Assembly: GCF_001194135.2 (NCBI RefSeq)
Contig: NC_069003.1
Span: forward strand, 17,443,937 to 17,507,936
From: Octopus bimaculoides
Taxonomy: Eukaryota
DNA: 64,000 nt
Direction of reading: 5' to 3'
A model generated the notes under the pieces. It saw nothing but the letters and a program-made list of their open reading frames with translations, was not told the origin of the DNA and did no database searches. The position numbers and the translations under genes are program-made. Shown here piece after piece: positions 46,630-60,023 of the stretch. The first letter of the stretch is position 1; each line of letters begins with the position of its first letter.

Positions 46630-47668
46630 GAGGGGTCAGGATAAATTACCTGCATCAACTTGCTATAAAAGCAGGTAGTAATTTTACCTTCTCATTCTTA
46701 GTGCAAGTTTTGAAAAGTACAGTTTGATTTTAACAGTTATTTTTTCAAAGATATAATGTAAGTAACAAAGGATCATATTTTGCTTTTATGTGTTCAATAA
46801 AGGTAACAATACAATAGAAAGTGCAAGGAATATTAATGCAGTATATGGGGATTGGACAATAAGTGTTAGACAGAGGAAGTAGCAGAGAAGTTTGAATTTG
46901 GTCATTCAACCATTCATCAACACCTGCATGCCATTGGAAAAGTCAGTAAATTGGGTCAATGGGTTCCTCATAAACTTTCCAAGTCTCATTGCACACAGAA
47001 AGTGAATGTGTGCTCTTCTTTGCTGTCACGAATGAACATATTTTGGACCAAATAGTAACTGGTAACAAGAAATCGGTTCTCGATAAAAATGTCAAGCGCC
47101 AAAGACAGTGGGTAGGGAAAGGAGAAACACTGGCACTCCAGGCTAAAGGTCTTCACCCATGTAAGGTGTTGTTTGGTGGGATATGAAAAGTTTAGTCCAC
47201 TTCGAACTTTTGATCCCAAACCAAATGATAACAAAGATCTATTTTGAGCAGCTTAAGTCAGCACTAGAAGAAAAATAACCATCTTTGGTTTCAAGACGAT
47301 AGGTGTTCTTCCATCAGGATAATGCTTGGCCACATGCAGCGAGGATGACATTCCAAAGGCTGGAGCAGTTTGAATGGGAAACAATTCCCCACCCACCATA
47401 TTCGCTAGACATTGTCCCATCTGATAATCATTTATTTCTTCAAAATCACTTAGATGGAAAAAATATGAATTTTGTAGATGAGGTCAGTGCTGGAGGAGTA
47501 TTTTTTGTCATGGACAAGTGAATTTTGGAAGAGAGGCCTTGCAAGTCTACCAGATAGATGGAAGAGCATCGTAGAAAATGAAGGAGAGTGTATTTTAGGT
47601 TAAAAGAGAACTTAATTCAGAAAAATAGAAGTATAAAAAACTGTATTATTTATGGGATGACCCCAATA
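46630..47668 (+). mobile_element. Mariner transposon fossil (D,D34D type)
   Basis: LGQWVPHKLS, ILDQIVTG, FFHQDNA.PH, HPPYSLDIVPSD; TIR-like end attatttatgggatgacccc; stops and deletions. Confidence 0.9.
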
Positions 47669-47834
47669 CATACAAACATACATACGTACATACATAGTTA
47701 TACATATGTAGTACACATGCATACATACATATATACATATGTAGTACATACATGCCTACTTTTGTACATAAATTCATACACATGTACATACATGCATATA
47801 TACATATGTACCATACATACAGACATACATCCAT

Positions 47835-49210
47835 ATGTTTAAACATTCTCTTCATGAGAATGTATCTGTCACTCGTACAATTTATAAAATAGTGCACAAA
47901 ATGGTGGAGCGAGGAAAACCTTGGCATCTTCAAAGAGTGTATGATGGAAGCAAGTGCTACAGATACACGAGAAAGCTGGGAACTTCTTGTAGTATTCTCT
48001 GGCACAGGATGAATCTACTGATCTCTTGAGAATGTCAGAACTTCTTGTGTTCATTTATGGTATTAATTTGGACTTTCAAATCACAGAAGAGTTGGCATCC
48101 TTTTGCAGCATGCTTGGAACAACTGGAGAAGACATTTTCATGGAAGTGTAGAAAACTTTGCTAGGCTATAACCTTCAGTGGAATCAGCTTCAATGTGTTT
48201 ACAGTTGACAGAGGAAAAAACATGGCTGGAGTGAGGAAGGGTCTTGTGGGGCAGATCAGGACTAAGCTGGAAGATATTCAACTCCTGGGTTCTGTGTTTA
48301 TATACTGCATTATACATCAACAAACACTCTGTGGGAAAGAAAGATATTTCACATGTATTGAAACCAGTCATTTCTGCAGTGAACTTCATTTGGGGTCATG
48401 CATATAATCACTGCCAGTTTCAGGTTTTTCTTGAAGAAATTGATTCTGAATTCTGTGACTTGCCTTATCACGCAGCAGTGAGGTGGCTCAGCTGTGGTAA
48501 AGTCCTGTTTCATTTTTATAAACTCCAAAGAGAAATAGATATTTTTCTTACTGAAAAGTATAGAGTTGATCCACTTCTGTCAGATTCTACCAGGCTGTCA
48601 ATGTTGTAATTTTTGGTTTACATGAATGAATTGAACTTGGAACTTCAGGGAAAGGATAACATTATCAGTGATCTCCCCAGAAGCATCAATGGATTTCAGA
48701 GAAAGCTATCATTATTTGAAGCACAACTGGAAGGAGGAAATTTCTCTCATTTTCAGTGTTTCAAAGAGTTTTGTGCTGGAATCGCAGATGTCAACCTCAA
48801 GTTTCTGGAGATTATTTACAATTTAAATAAACATTTTCTGGAGAAATTTTCAGATCTCGACAGAATTGAGAGTAACATTCTTCTGTTCCAGAATCTGTTT
48901 GACTGTAACCTTGATGATATGCCAGTCAAACTATAGTTGGTGCTCACTGATTTGCAAGCAAATGACTTGCTGAAAGAGAAGCATAGAGAAGGAAAACTTG
49001 TTGAATTTTACCTGCTTATCTGATAATGAATTTTCAAATTTGAATAAATTTGCCTGTTTTGAATAACTTATATCTGTGAAGTCAGCACATCGAGTGAGAT
49101 TGACTGATGGACATTTGAAAGCAATTCTCTTGGTTGGATGCAGCAATTCTAAAGCAAATATTGATGATGTCTTAAAAGCTAAACACCTGTTTCACAAATC
49201 TTACTAACAT
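47835..49210 (+). mobile_element. hAT (SPIN/Charlie, GTF2IRD2-like) transposase fossil
   Basis: ALAQDESTD, CIIHQQTLC, AVRWLSCGKVL, MNELNLELQGK; frameshifted; TIRs not found. Confidence 0.85.
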
Positions 49211-49379
49211 TCTTCCTACCTAGTTTGTGAGATTCAGGCATATGTGCACTGGGCGCAATATAACTATCTTTTTGCTAAAATCACCTTTATTGACAACTTT
49301 TTGGTAGATAAATATGTTGGTTATCTTTGTTTTGTGTATTTACTGTTTTGTATTGAAAATGGTTATGCGGTCCATGCCT

Positions 49380-52345
49380 GTCATCCCCTCAAGATAGCCA
49401 TGTACAGTATGAATTGCGTCCTGTCCATTCTTGCATATGTTTACCATTCAACAGCACATGGTATGACACTTACTTCTGCCCCTTCTTTCATAATTTAACC
49501 CTTCATCCCCTCAAAATAGCCATGTATCTCTTTTACAGACTGAAACTTATGCGTCCCTCCTTTCATATATTTAACTCTTCATACCTACAAGGTAGACATG
49601 TGTCTCTTCTATAGCATGAAACCTTTTCTTGTCCCCTCTTTCATACTTTAACCCATCATCCCCTCAAAATAGCCATGTATCTTTTCCACTGTGTGAAACC
49701 TATTATTGTCCATTCTTTACCCCTTCATCCCCTCAATGTAACCATGTTTCTCTTCCACAGTATGACTCCTAATCCTCTCCCTTCTTTCATACTTTAACCC
49801 TTCATCACTTCTTTTGTATGAAACACACTACTGTCTCTTTTTCATACTTTAACACTTAATCTCCTCAAGGTAGCCATGTATCCCTTCTACAGTGTGAAAC
49901 ATATTCTTGTCCAATGTTTCATATGTTGACCCTTCAACACCACAAGGTAGCCATGTATCTCTACAGTATGAAATTTGGTTCTGTCCCTTTTTTCATACTT
50001 TAAACCTTCATGCCATCAAAATAGCCATGTATGTCTTGTACAATGTACAGCATGAAATCTGTTTTGGTCCCTTCATTCATACTTTAACCCTTCATCTCCT
50101 GAAGGTAGCCATGTAAATCATCTACAGTATGAAACCTGTTCCTGCCTTTTATTTCATTTTTAACCCTTCATCCCCTCAAGGTAGCCATGTGTCGTCTCTT
50201 TTAAGATATGAAAGCAACTCCTGTTCCTTCTTTCATATTTTAACCTTTTTTCCTCTCAAGGTAGTCATTTATTTCTGCTACATGTCTGCCTTGAGAGGAA
50301 CAGGTTTCATGCTGTAAAAGAGACACCTGGCTATTTTGAGGGGATGAAGTGTCAAAGTATGAACGAAAGGACAGGTACAAGTTTCATACTGTACATGGCT
50401 ATCTTGACATGTTGATGTATGAAAGAAAGGACAGGAAAGGTTTCATGCTATAGAAGAGATACATGTCTACCTTGTAGGTATGAAGAGTTAATATATAAAA
50501 GAAAGGACAGGAACAAGTTTCATCCTTTCAAGGTAGACATATATCTCTTCTACAGTATGGCACCTTTTCTTGTCCCTTCTTTCATACATTAACCCTTCAT
50601 CCCGCAAAATAGTTATGGACCTCTTCTACAGCATGAAACCTCATCCTGTCTCTTCTTTTATACTTTGAAATTTAATTCCTTGAAAATAGCCATGTGTCTC
50701 TTCAACGTGTTCTTGCCTCTTCTTTCATATATTAACCTTTCATCCCCACAAGGTAGACATGTATCTCTTCTATAGTATGAAACCTGTTCCTGACCCTTCT
50801 TTCACACATCAAGACCTCAAAGTAGTCATGTATCTTTTGTACTTGTACCTGACTTTTCTTTCATACTTTGACACTTGATCCCTTCAAAATAGCCTCTACA
50901 GTATGAAACTTGTTCCTCTCCCTTTCTTGATACTGTAATCCTTCATCACTTCAAGCTAGCTATGTATCACTTCTTCAGTATGAAACCTGTTCCTGTCCCC
51001 TTCTTTCATACATTAACTCTTCATACCTATGAGGTAGACATTTATCTCTTCTATTGCATGAAACTTTTTCCCATCCCTTCTTTCATACTTTAAAACCCTT
51101 TGTCCCCTCAAAGTAATCATGTATCTACAGTATCAAGCCTCTTTCTACTCCTTTCATACTGTAACATTTCATCTCCTCAAGGTAGCCATGAAGCATGTAT
51201 TGTCTTCAACACTTCAAGGTAGCGATATATCTCTTCTACAGCATGACACCTTTTATAAGTGACCCCTTCATCCTATCAAGGTGGCCAGGTATCTCTTCTA
51301 CAGTGTGAAAACTGTTCCTGTCCGTTCTTTTATACTGTAAACCTTCATTCCCTGAAGGTAGCCAAGTATCTCTTCTACAGCATGAAACCTGTTTCTCCAC
51401 CTTCTTTCATATTTCAAACCTTCAAAGTAGCCATGTTCCTGTCCATTCTTTCATCTCAAATCCATGTATCTCTTCTACAGTATGTAAACTGTTCCTGTCT
51501 CTTCATTCATATCCTAAGCCCTCATCTCCTCAAGGTAGCAATGCATCTTTTCTACAGTTACAAACCTGTTTCTGTTCACTCTTTCATAATGCTTCATTCC
51601 TTAAGGTAGCTATGTAGCAATAGTATGAAACCTATTTCCGTCCCTTTATTTCATACTTCAAAATAGCTTCATATCCTTTCTACAGCACGAAACCTCATCC
51701 TGACTCTTCTTTCATACTTTAACCTTGAATCTTGTGAAAATAGCCATTCTACAGAACGAAACCTGTTCTTACTTCTTTCATACATTAACCCTTCATCCCC
51801 ACAAGGTAGACATGTACCTCTTCTACAGTATGATACTTTCTCTCGTCCCTTTTATATTTTGCCTCTTCATCCTCTCAAAATAGCCATGTATGTACAGAGT
51901 GAAACCTATTTTGGTCCCTTCTTTCATACTTTAACCCTTCAAGGTTGCCCTGTATATTATCTAGAGTATGAAGTCTGTTCCTGTCTCTTCTTTCATATTT
52001 TAACACTTCATCCTCACAAGGTATCTCTTATACAGCATGAAGCCTGTTCCTTCTTTCATATTTTAAAATTTTATATCCTCAATGTATGTCTCCTACAGCA
52101 TGAAACCTTTTGTTGTTCCTTCTTTCATATTGCAAGCCCTCATCTTCTCAATGTAACCATGTATCTTGTCTACTTCTTTCAAATATTAACAATTCATTCC
52201 CTCAAGGTAGCCATTATCTCTTCTACAGTATGAAACCTGTTTCTATTCCTTATTTGAAACTTCAACCTTTCATCCCCTCAAGGTAGCTATATATCTCTTC
52301 TACAGCACAAAACTTGTTCCTGTCTCTCATACTTAACCCATCGTC
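49380..52345. repeat. ~77-bp satellite array (roughly 40 diverged units) with an internal inversion
   Basis: Consensus ttcatactttaacccttcatcccctcaaggtagccatgtatctcttctacagtatgaaacctgttcctgtcccttct; reverse-oriented block at about 50278-50523. Confidence 0.95.
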
Positions 52346-53287
52346 TTCCAACATGAAGCTGCTTCTGTTTCTGCTGTAGGTGGATGGTGACCTCACTGAC
52401 GCTGGTGCCGTGACAAAAAGCAAAAAAGAAATGCACCCAGTACACTCTGCAAAATGCTTGGATTAGGAAGGATATTTAGGTATCATTGAAGAGTAGAAAT
52501 GATGCCAAAGCCGACATTGGACTGTCAAACCATCTGACTCTAGCCAGTATGGAAGCCGGATGCATTTAAACCAGCCATATCTACCTGCTTTATGTTCCTC
52601 TCACACCTACCCTACAGTGTAATTCTAAAAATAAACAATCGCACCATTGAAATCTCAAGGCTACAGGATAATGCATGATTAATTTAAAGTAATTATGAAA
52701 AAATAAGCATTATATTTAACAGAGTAACTTGAATATTCAAGGATTAAATGATGATGTATGTGTGTGTTTGTGCAGATGTGTGTGTTTGCTTGTATTTGCT
52801 TTTCTCCAAATATTGCTGAGCTACAAGTGGTGAGGTAGTTATTTCTCCTAGCAGCAAATTGTCAACTGGTATTGAACATGTGTAGAACAATAAGATATCT
52901 TGAACATGCTTGAAAAATAGGTAAGGGTTAGCTACAGGAAGAACATTCAGCTGTAAAACAATGCCTCAATAATATTTTCATCTGAGCCATTCTAGCACAG
53001 GAAAATGGCCATAAATAGTGAACAAACAATTATCGTTTGTGTTCTTAATGATAAGTTGGTCAAATACTAAATTATCTTTTGCCACTGGTCTGCATCCACA
53101 CATATACAGACTGAAATATTTATGTTGGTATATGTTTGTTTACAATTAAGCCAAAGAAAGTTAAACAACAGCAAGCGAACAATGATGTAAGAACAAATGA
53201 AGAGATGATTAAAAAAGAAACATTAATATTATTGTTATTAATATTATTATTATTTATATTGTTTGTTGAAATCATTGTATAAATTAC

Positions 53288-53362
<75 letters not shown>

Positions 53363-54340
53363 TATATATATACATACATATATATATATAGCTTTATGGC
53401 ATGCACACATTTGTAAAATATATATTCACATTGTAAAAAAAGTTACAGGAAGAAAGAAAATATGAGCTTTATTTTATATTTTGTACAATGACTGGCTATT
53501 TACATACAACATCACTTCTCTTCTCATTTCAACAATGAAATATTTAGCATAACCTCATACTCATGTATACATGTATGCATCTATCTATCAACATACACAC
53601 ACACACACGTGTGTGTGTGCCTGTCTATCAATATACATGTGAGAGTATGTATGTATAAATGCATGCATCATCATCACCACCATTTTATGTGTTTTTCCAA
53701 TATTATAGAGGATGTATGTGTATACATGTATGTGTGTGTGTGTGTATATATCATCATCATCATTGTTTAATGTCTATGGAAACGTGTATAGCTATGTATT
53801 AAATATTTATAAATTCCATCCTAGAATTATTGTTATCATATATTATTATTATGGTTGTGTAAGTCTCTTGCCATTCTGAGTTTCGCCTGTCGATGCACAA
53901 GGCCTGCAAGCAAATATGTGTGTTTATGTATAGAATTTTGGCTTTTTTCTTATTATAAGGAAAAGGTTGCCAGCAGTTTCAAAGCTTTCAGAGCTGGCAC
54001 ACAGCAATTTTATAGTTATTCACTATCAAGTTGTTTTCCTTGAAAAATATATGAGACTTAAATATATTGATTGATTCTTCAATTAAAGCACAATAATATA
54101 TAAAAACATGTGCTGGAAAGCATGACCTGTTACCATAAAGGTGTGTGCATGGCAGAAATTTGCATACAGCGTATATAAGGGCTTGCAATTTTCTTCATGT
54201 ATTTTTGCTGACAATGCTAAGGAATTGAGCCAACTGTTTTGTGTAACAGGGCCACCCAGCTTATGTAATAACAGTAATCAGCTTCTTGAAATACATGCAC
54301 ATTATATAAAACATAAGGTATCAGTTACGTTTCCTGTATT

Positions 54341-54384
<44 letters not shown>

Positions 54385-54603
54385 TATTTGCTATGTGTGA
54401 TATATATTATATGAGATTCTTCCATTGTTTTATTTTATTCACATAGACATTTTTTTATCATACCTCAAACTAATTAATTTCAAATTCCTTAGAGGAAAAT
54501 AACTTTCTTTTTTCTTTTTAGATAAGTTGACACATGTATACTGAAGCATACATACATAAAAACATGTATGTGTGTGTGTATTTATATATAGATATATATA
54601 GGT

Positions 54604-54761
54604 GTAGGCATGGCTGTGTGGTAAGAAGCTTGCCTCCCAACCACATGGTTCCAGGTTCAGTCCCACTGCGTGGCACCTTGGGCAAGTGTTTTTTACTATA
54701 GCCTCAGGCCAACCAAAGCCTTATGAATGGATTTGGTAGATGGAAGCTGGAAGAAGCCTGT

Positions 54762-54798
<37 letters not shown>

Positions 54799-55020
54799 GT
54801 TTGTGTGTATGTGTTTGTCCCCCCACTATCTGAGGCTGGTGTGTTTATGTCCCATGTAACTTAGCAATTTGGCAAAAGAGACCAATAGAATAAGTACTAG
54901 GCTTACAAAGATTAAGTCATGGGATCGATTTCTTCGAATAACACCCTTTAAGGCAGTGCTCCAGCATGGCCTCAGTCAAATGACTGAAACAAGTAAAAGA
55001 ATAAAGGAATAAAAGAATAT
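54604..55020 (+). repeat. tRNA-derived SINE, second family, near full length
   Basis: ggcatggctgtgtggtaagaagcttgc...ggttcagtcccactg head; related pieces at 3740, 24125, 27305, 42200 and 60980. Confidence 0.8.
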
Positions 55021-55269
55021 ATAATGTGTTTGTGAAGAATGCTCACACACACACACACACTCTATATATGTGTATATATGTCCAATTCCCTGACTGGCAG
55101 TGTGTTGTGTTGTGTTCTTCAGCAAAACACTTCATTTCACATTGCTGCAGCTGTAAATGTGTTATCCTGTGGTCCTGTGATGGACTGGTCTCTTGTTTAG
55201 GGGGAATTCTGTGATCTGGGTTCCTTATATGCCATAGGCCTGCCAGGCTAGCCACTAGAGTGGCCTCAT

Positions 55270-55700
55270 TCAAAAGCTACAACAATGCAAAGAAACACAT
55301 TGGATGTTGTTATACACCACTGATCACAATGCCTGCTTGATACAGTGATAGATACACACAAAGCATCTTTGTCAATGGAATCAAAACATGGACAACGAAG
55401 AATTTCAAGGTAGCTTTGATGGTACACACACCAGGCTTCTCACGAACAATCCCAAATAGAAAAATCTATGGATGCATTTCTGCCCATCTCTACTATTGTT
55501 GCTGAATGCAGAGTAGGATGTCACCTGCTGCTACCATGCTGAACAACAGACCATATCAGATGTTATATTTTGGAGGCTTTGAAACTCTAACAGAAGATGA
55601 AGACTACTCAACTACACTGATGATCTCTCAACACACACCATGGAATTGAGGATCTACTGAAGCTGATGAATGACAGAGATTCCAGGCATGGCACAACAGC
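55270..55700 (+). mobile_element. 3' remnant of a second RTE-like LINE family
   Basis: Decayed GIKTW...FDGTHTRLL...IYG...ISTIVAE...GRRRL pattern read across frameshifts. Confidence 0.5.
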
Positions 55701-56532
55701 TGCTTGAAGATGTGTGTGTGTGTGTGTGTGCACGTGCGCTGGTTTTAGAAAAGATACACTGCATCTTACGTGCTAGAAAGGTTGGTGATAAGAAGAGCAT
55801 CCAACTCAGCAAATCCATCCAACCCCTACCAGCTCGGAAAAGTAGACATAAAACAATGACAATGATGATGATGACATACATATTTTACAAATATGTGATA
55901 CATATATTATTTTTCTTTTTTTTTTTGCTTTTAGTTGTATGTATGAATGTGTAGTATGTGTTGTATAACTGAATATTTTCAAAATAGAGGCAGAGAGAAG
56001 TAAGGGAAGGAGGGGTGTATCAACAGGCTTTCATTAAAACCCTGATATATATATATATATATATATAAAACTGTAATGCTGCTTATTTTTTTTCTTTCTT
56101 ATAGCTCCAATAAATTTAGATATTTTACAGAAACTGGATTTAATATGGGTTGGATCAGGGTGCTTTATTCAAAAGGAGGGTCTTTCTTTCGGTAATGTGT
56201 TGGCTATTTTTGTTTTGGTTTTCTTTCATTCTTTTCGGTTACTATTTAGTGGCAGCATCACAGGGAAAGTAAGTCTGAGAGGGAAGTGAGGAAAATATTC
56301 AAGATGAACTGGGGAGATTAGAGGGAAGAAAGGGGAGCAATAGACTGAGGGGTAGGTGGACAGAGAGAGGGGGAAAGGAGGGAGACAGATAGGAAAACAA
56401 ACAGGGTTATCTGATAATGAATGGTGGGGTATAAGCTTGGGTGAGAGTGGGGGTGGACAAATTAATTAGGTTTCCTTAATGACTCAAGATGGACAGGGCT
56501 GTATAAAGAAATTAATTATCTTCTGAAAATAA

Positions 56533-56575
<43 letters not shown>

Positions 56576-56902
56576 GAAAATATAAGGGAACAAACCTGTT
56601 GAAATATGTTCACTTCATGTTTTGTATTATTCTACTTTGTTTAGAAAACCTTGTTTTCCTCCCGTTGTCTCTTAAACTTTAAATGTTCTTTAACCCTCCC
56701 TCTCTTTCTCTCTGAATATCTTTCAGTTGCTTTTAGTTTCAGACATTTCAACAACAATAAAAAATGTTTGCTGTCATCATGAAGGCATATATATATATAT
56801 ATAGTAGGCTTGGCTATATAAATATATCATCCAGTATATATCATCATGGGCAGGTTGATAATATATTTATATTATCAACCTGCCCATATATATATATATA
56901 TA

Positions 56903-57055
56903 CAGGGTGTCTAGAAAGTCTCGCTCAGTTTTTATTGCATTGTACATCGTTTCATTCGTAATTATTATTCATCATTGTTCTATACAATAAAATTAACTGA
57001 AAAACCTACAATAGATTTCAAAATAAGTATCGGGTGAAACTTTTTGGACACACTG
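56903..57055. mobile_element. Tc1-type MITE
   Basis: TA-flanked CAGGGTGTCTAGAAAGT / ACTTTTTGGACACACTG. Confidence 0.7.
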
Positions 57056-57059
57056 TATA

Positions 57060-57319
57060 TAGTGAACGGAACCTTGGTAGTGGTAAATATCCAGGTGAGG
57101 TGTATACCACAGGCTACTCTTCAGGCCAAGAGTATCTTGATTAAATGAAGTTTACCTTGTTAGCAAGTCCATGTTAACACATGGAGGAATTCAATCAGTG
57201 TGTTAACATGGGCCTCCTAATGACAAAGTATACTTCATTTAATCAAGATACCCTTGGCCTGAAGAGTAGCCTGCAGTATACACCTCTCTTGGATATTTAC
57301 CACTTCCAAGGTTCCACTA
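57060..57319. mobile_element. Near-fully palindromic pogo/Tigger-type MITE
   Basis: Arms pair over most of the length around a centre near 57190; TA-flanked AGTGGAACC ends. Confidence 0.75.
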
Positions 57320-57422
57320 TACACACACACACATATTGTAGATCTGTCTTTACAAAATATTGCCACCTTTCTATAAGATATATAACCCAGTGATATAGAT
57401 ATATTTAATAGGCCTATCTATA

Positions 57423-57470
<48 letters not shown>

Positions 57471-57476
<6 letters not shown>

Positions 57477-57870
57477 CCAACTGTTTATATTATATAAATA
57501 TATTAGAGGCCTATCTATATGAAAATATCATCCAGCTGTCTATATAAATATATTGTATGCCTATCTATATGAATGTTATTCTTCAGTGCTCTATATAAAT
57601 ATATTGTAGAACTGTGTGTATATAAATATATTATCCAGCTCTCTATATAAATATACTGTAGGCCTGTCCTTATGAAAATATTATCCAACTGTCTATATAA
57701 ATATATTCCACGTGTCTATATAAATATATGATAAACTTGACTATAGAAATATGTCAGTTATGAGTATAGATATATAAATTGCCAAATATATCTATATAAA
57801 TGCAACTATAGAAATATATTACTATCCAGTCTGCACTGTTTTTATATATATATATCCAGCCTGCATTGTT
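57471..57870. repeat. ~25-bp minisatellite with alternating dimer
   Basis: ttatccagctgtctatataaatata alternates with ttgtaggcctatctatatgaaaata. Confidence 0.7.
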
Positions 57871-57914
<44 letters not shown>

Positions 57915-58127
57915 TTCTAACCTTTCTACAAGTATTTATTGCAGATATGTCTGTAGAAATATATTATAGACATTTGCATATAAATATGTATTCCATGTGT
58001 CTTAAAAAGACTAAAAAAGCTTTTTTTTTAAAACTGCTTGGAACATTATTTTTACACTTTGTTTTTTCTAATTAACAAAAGGTAGGGGTTTTTATGGGAG
58101 TTGGGTATTTTTTATTTTATTTTATCA

Positions 58128-58159
<32 letters not shown>

Positions 58160-58395
58160 TTAATGCTGCAAATATTGCAGACATGAAGAGAGGAAAACTG
58201 AACTTTCAGACAACTGGCAAGGAACATAGTCAAGACCAGAGTAGTTTCATTTTTTTCTTTCAGAGTGACATGATTTCCTGGTTTTGCATCAGTCAACAGA
58301 AAACCAAGTGGATGGAAAATTTTTCATTCAGAGTTTTGGTCATCAATGAAAAAAAACCCCCAAAAAAACCTAAAAAGGTCCAGGTTTCATAAACA

Positions 58396-58452
58396 TCATA
58401 CTGAGGAACCAGTATCTTTGAGAAGACCCATCAATATTCCAGCTTCCTTGAT
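58396..58452 (-). CDS. Terminal coding exon of the same gene (IKEAGILMGLLKDTGSSV*)
   Basis: Strong ttttttttccccattatattttcag acceptor; in phase with the 59928-60023 exon; TGA; minus-strand AATAAA near 58111-58116. Confidence 0.55.
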   Translation of the reverse strand: MKEAGILMGLLKDTGSSV

Positions 58453-59927
58453 CTGAAAATATAATGGGGAAAAAAATAAAAGATATTTTTATTTATTTTG
58501 AATTATCTAAAAATTACCATATTTTCTGGTAAACAAATTAAGTTTTTTAGACCAAAGTTTACATCCCGCCAAAAAACCCCAAAAACGTAGATTGACTTAT
58601 ACACCAAGATGAATTTGGAGGGCCAAAAATTCCATGTGAAATGCAGCAAGATTTGGAAAGATGCTGACAAAATTTGAATGTTTATACTACATTAAATATG
58701 TAGTATAAACATTCAAACATCTGTATGTCATTTTGTGCTGCGGAGAATACAGTAAAACAAATGATAGTCAAATGTAACAAATATTTAGAACATCAGGAAG
58801 AATCAGTTTGATAAAGTAAGGTATCATATTTTATGGTGTCAGTTATGGTGGTGGTGGTTTATGGTTTTGTGAGAGAAGAAGGAAGGGTGGCACCCAGGAC
58901 TTTTTTACAGGATCATTGAGGCTGGTGTAAGGGAAAGAAGAAGAGGGAAGATGTCCTCAGACTGTTTATCGGGTTTTTTGAGTTCTTGTACCAGATTTGA
59001 CTCTGCTAAAAGCACCCAAGGGCTTGATGGTGGTGGTGGTGGTGGTGTGAGGCAGTAGTGTTGAAACGGATGGTGGATTAGGTCTACCACTTGAAGTTGT
59101 AGTGGTAGTAATGATGATGATGATGGAACTAAGAAGCTTTAGAGAATGCACTACTGTGGTGATGTGGTGAGCAGAACCATGTCTCGCTTCAAGGTCTACT
59201 CTGATCTGGAGTAGTATCACCTGTCAGAGAGTCTCAGCTATGAGTTAATTAGCATGTTAATTAGAAGAAACTCTAAGCACAAACCTTCACTGCCTTGTGA
59301 GTGCCTTGGGGAAGGAAATGACTACGAGAGTCAACCTCAACAGCAAATCAAAGAGTGGAGTGCCCCAGGCACAATCTTCAATAGCCTTCTAGCAACTCAA
59401 GGTAGGTGGTGCTCTACAACCTTGTAAGGCACTTCACCTTGGAGAAGGCCATTCCAATGTGAAACCTACAACTTGCAGGTTACTGCAGCTTTCTTAGCTC
59501 ACTGAACTGCTATGGTCAGAGCTTCAAGTTTAAAGAGTGGGATAGGATTGCATGGAGTGACTCCTATTTTAAAACTACAAAGCACAGGCAGGAAGAAAAG
59601 CCCTGCAGTGATGGAGAAGAGAAGTGGATGGTAGGGGCAGTCCCAGTCAAACTCTGCATGCAGGTGCTGTTCTTCTTCCTGATCTTTGAACACAAACTAC
59701 TCCCGTCATCAGCATGGTGGCAAAAAGAGGGAGAGTTTTTAGTGTTGCATGGAGTGAAGTGAGAGACTTAAGTGGAATAAAGTCATATTTGAATAGAGTG
59801 AAATGGAGTGAAGGTTCATAATTAAACAAAGAAAAAAAAATTTGAAATGAATTTTTTTTGTTTGTTTATTTGAGAGCTAAGCAAAGAATTAAATTTTATA
59901 TAAAAATAAAAAAAACGAATAAAATAC

Positions 59928-60023
59928 CTGTCGAACATCTTCCGAGCAATCCTTTTTTGCTTGCTGGAGTAGATCTGACTGTCCACGTAACATTCGTACA
60001 TTCCAGGCGAAATGTTCAATTGC
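59928..60023 (-). CDS. Penultimate coding exon of an unidentified gene (AIEHFAWNVRMLRGQSDLLQQAKKDCSEDVRQ)
   Basis: ttttag acceptor, CAG|GTATTT donor, 96 nt, open in phase 0, non-repetitive and CpG-containing within AT-rich flanks. Confidence 0.65.

Noticed and set aside
48195-48936. hAT ORFs as a domesticated GTF2IRD2/ZBED-like gene
   Set aside because: Multiple stops and frameshifts and no splice structure to rescue them.
56105-56270. Plus-strand exon-like segments, also 58264-58376 and 60205-60284
   Set aside because: Splice-like ends but no recognisable protein, no consistent chain of phases, and overlap with the minus-strand gene region.
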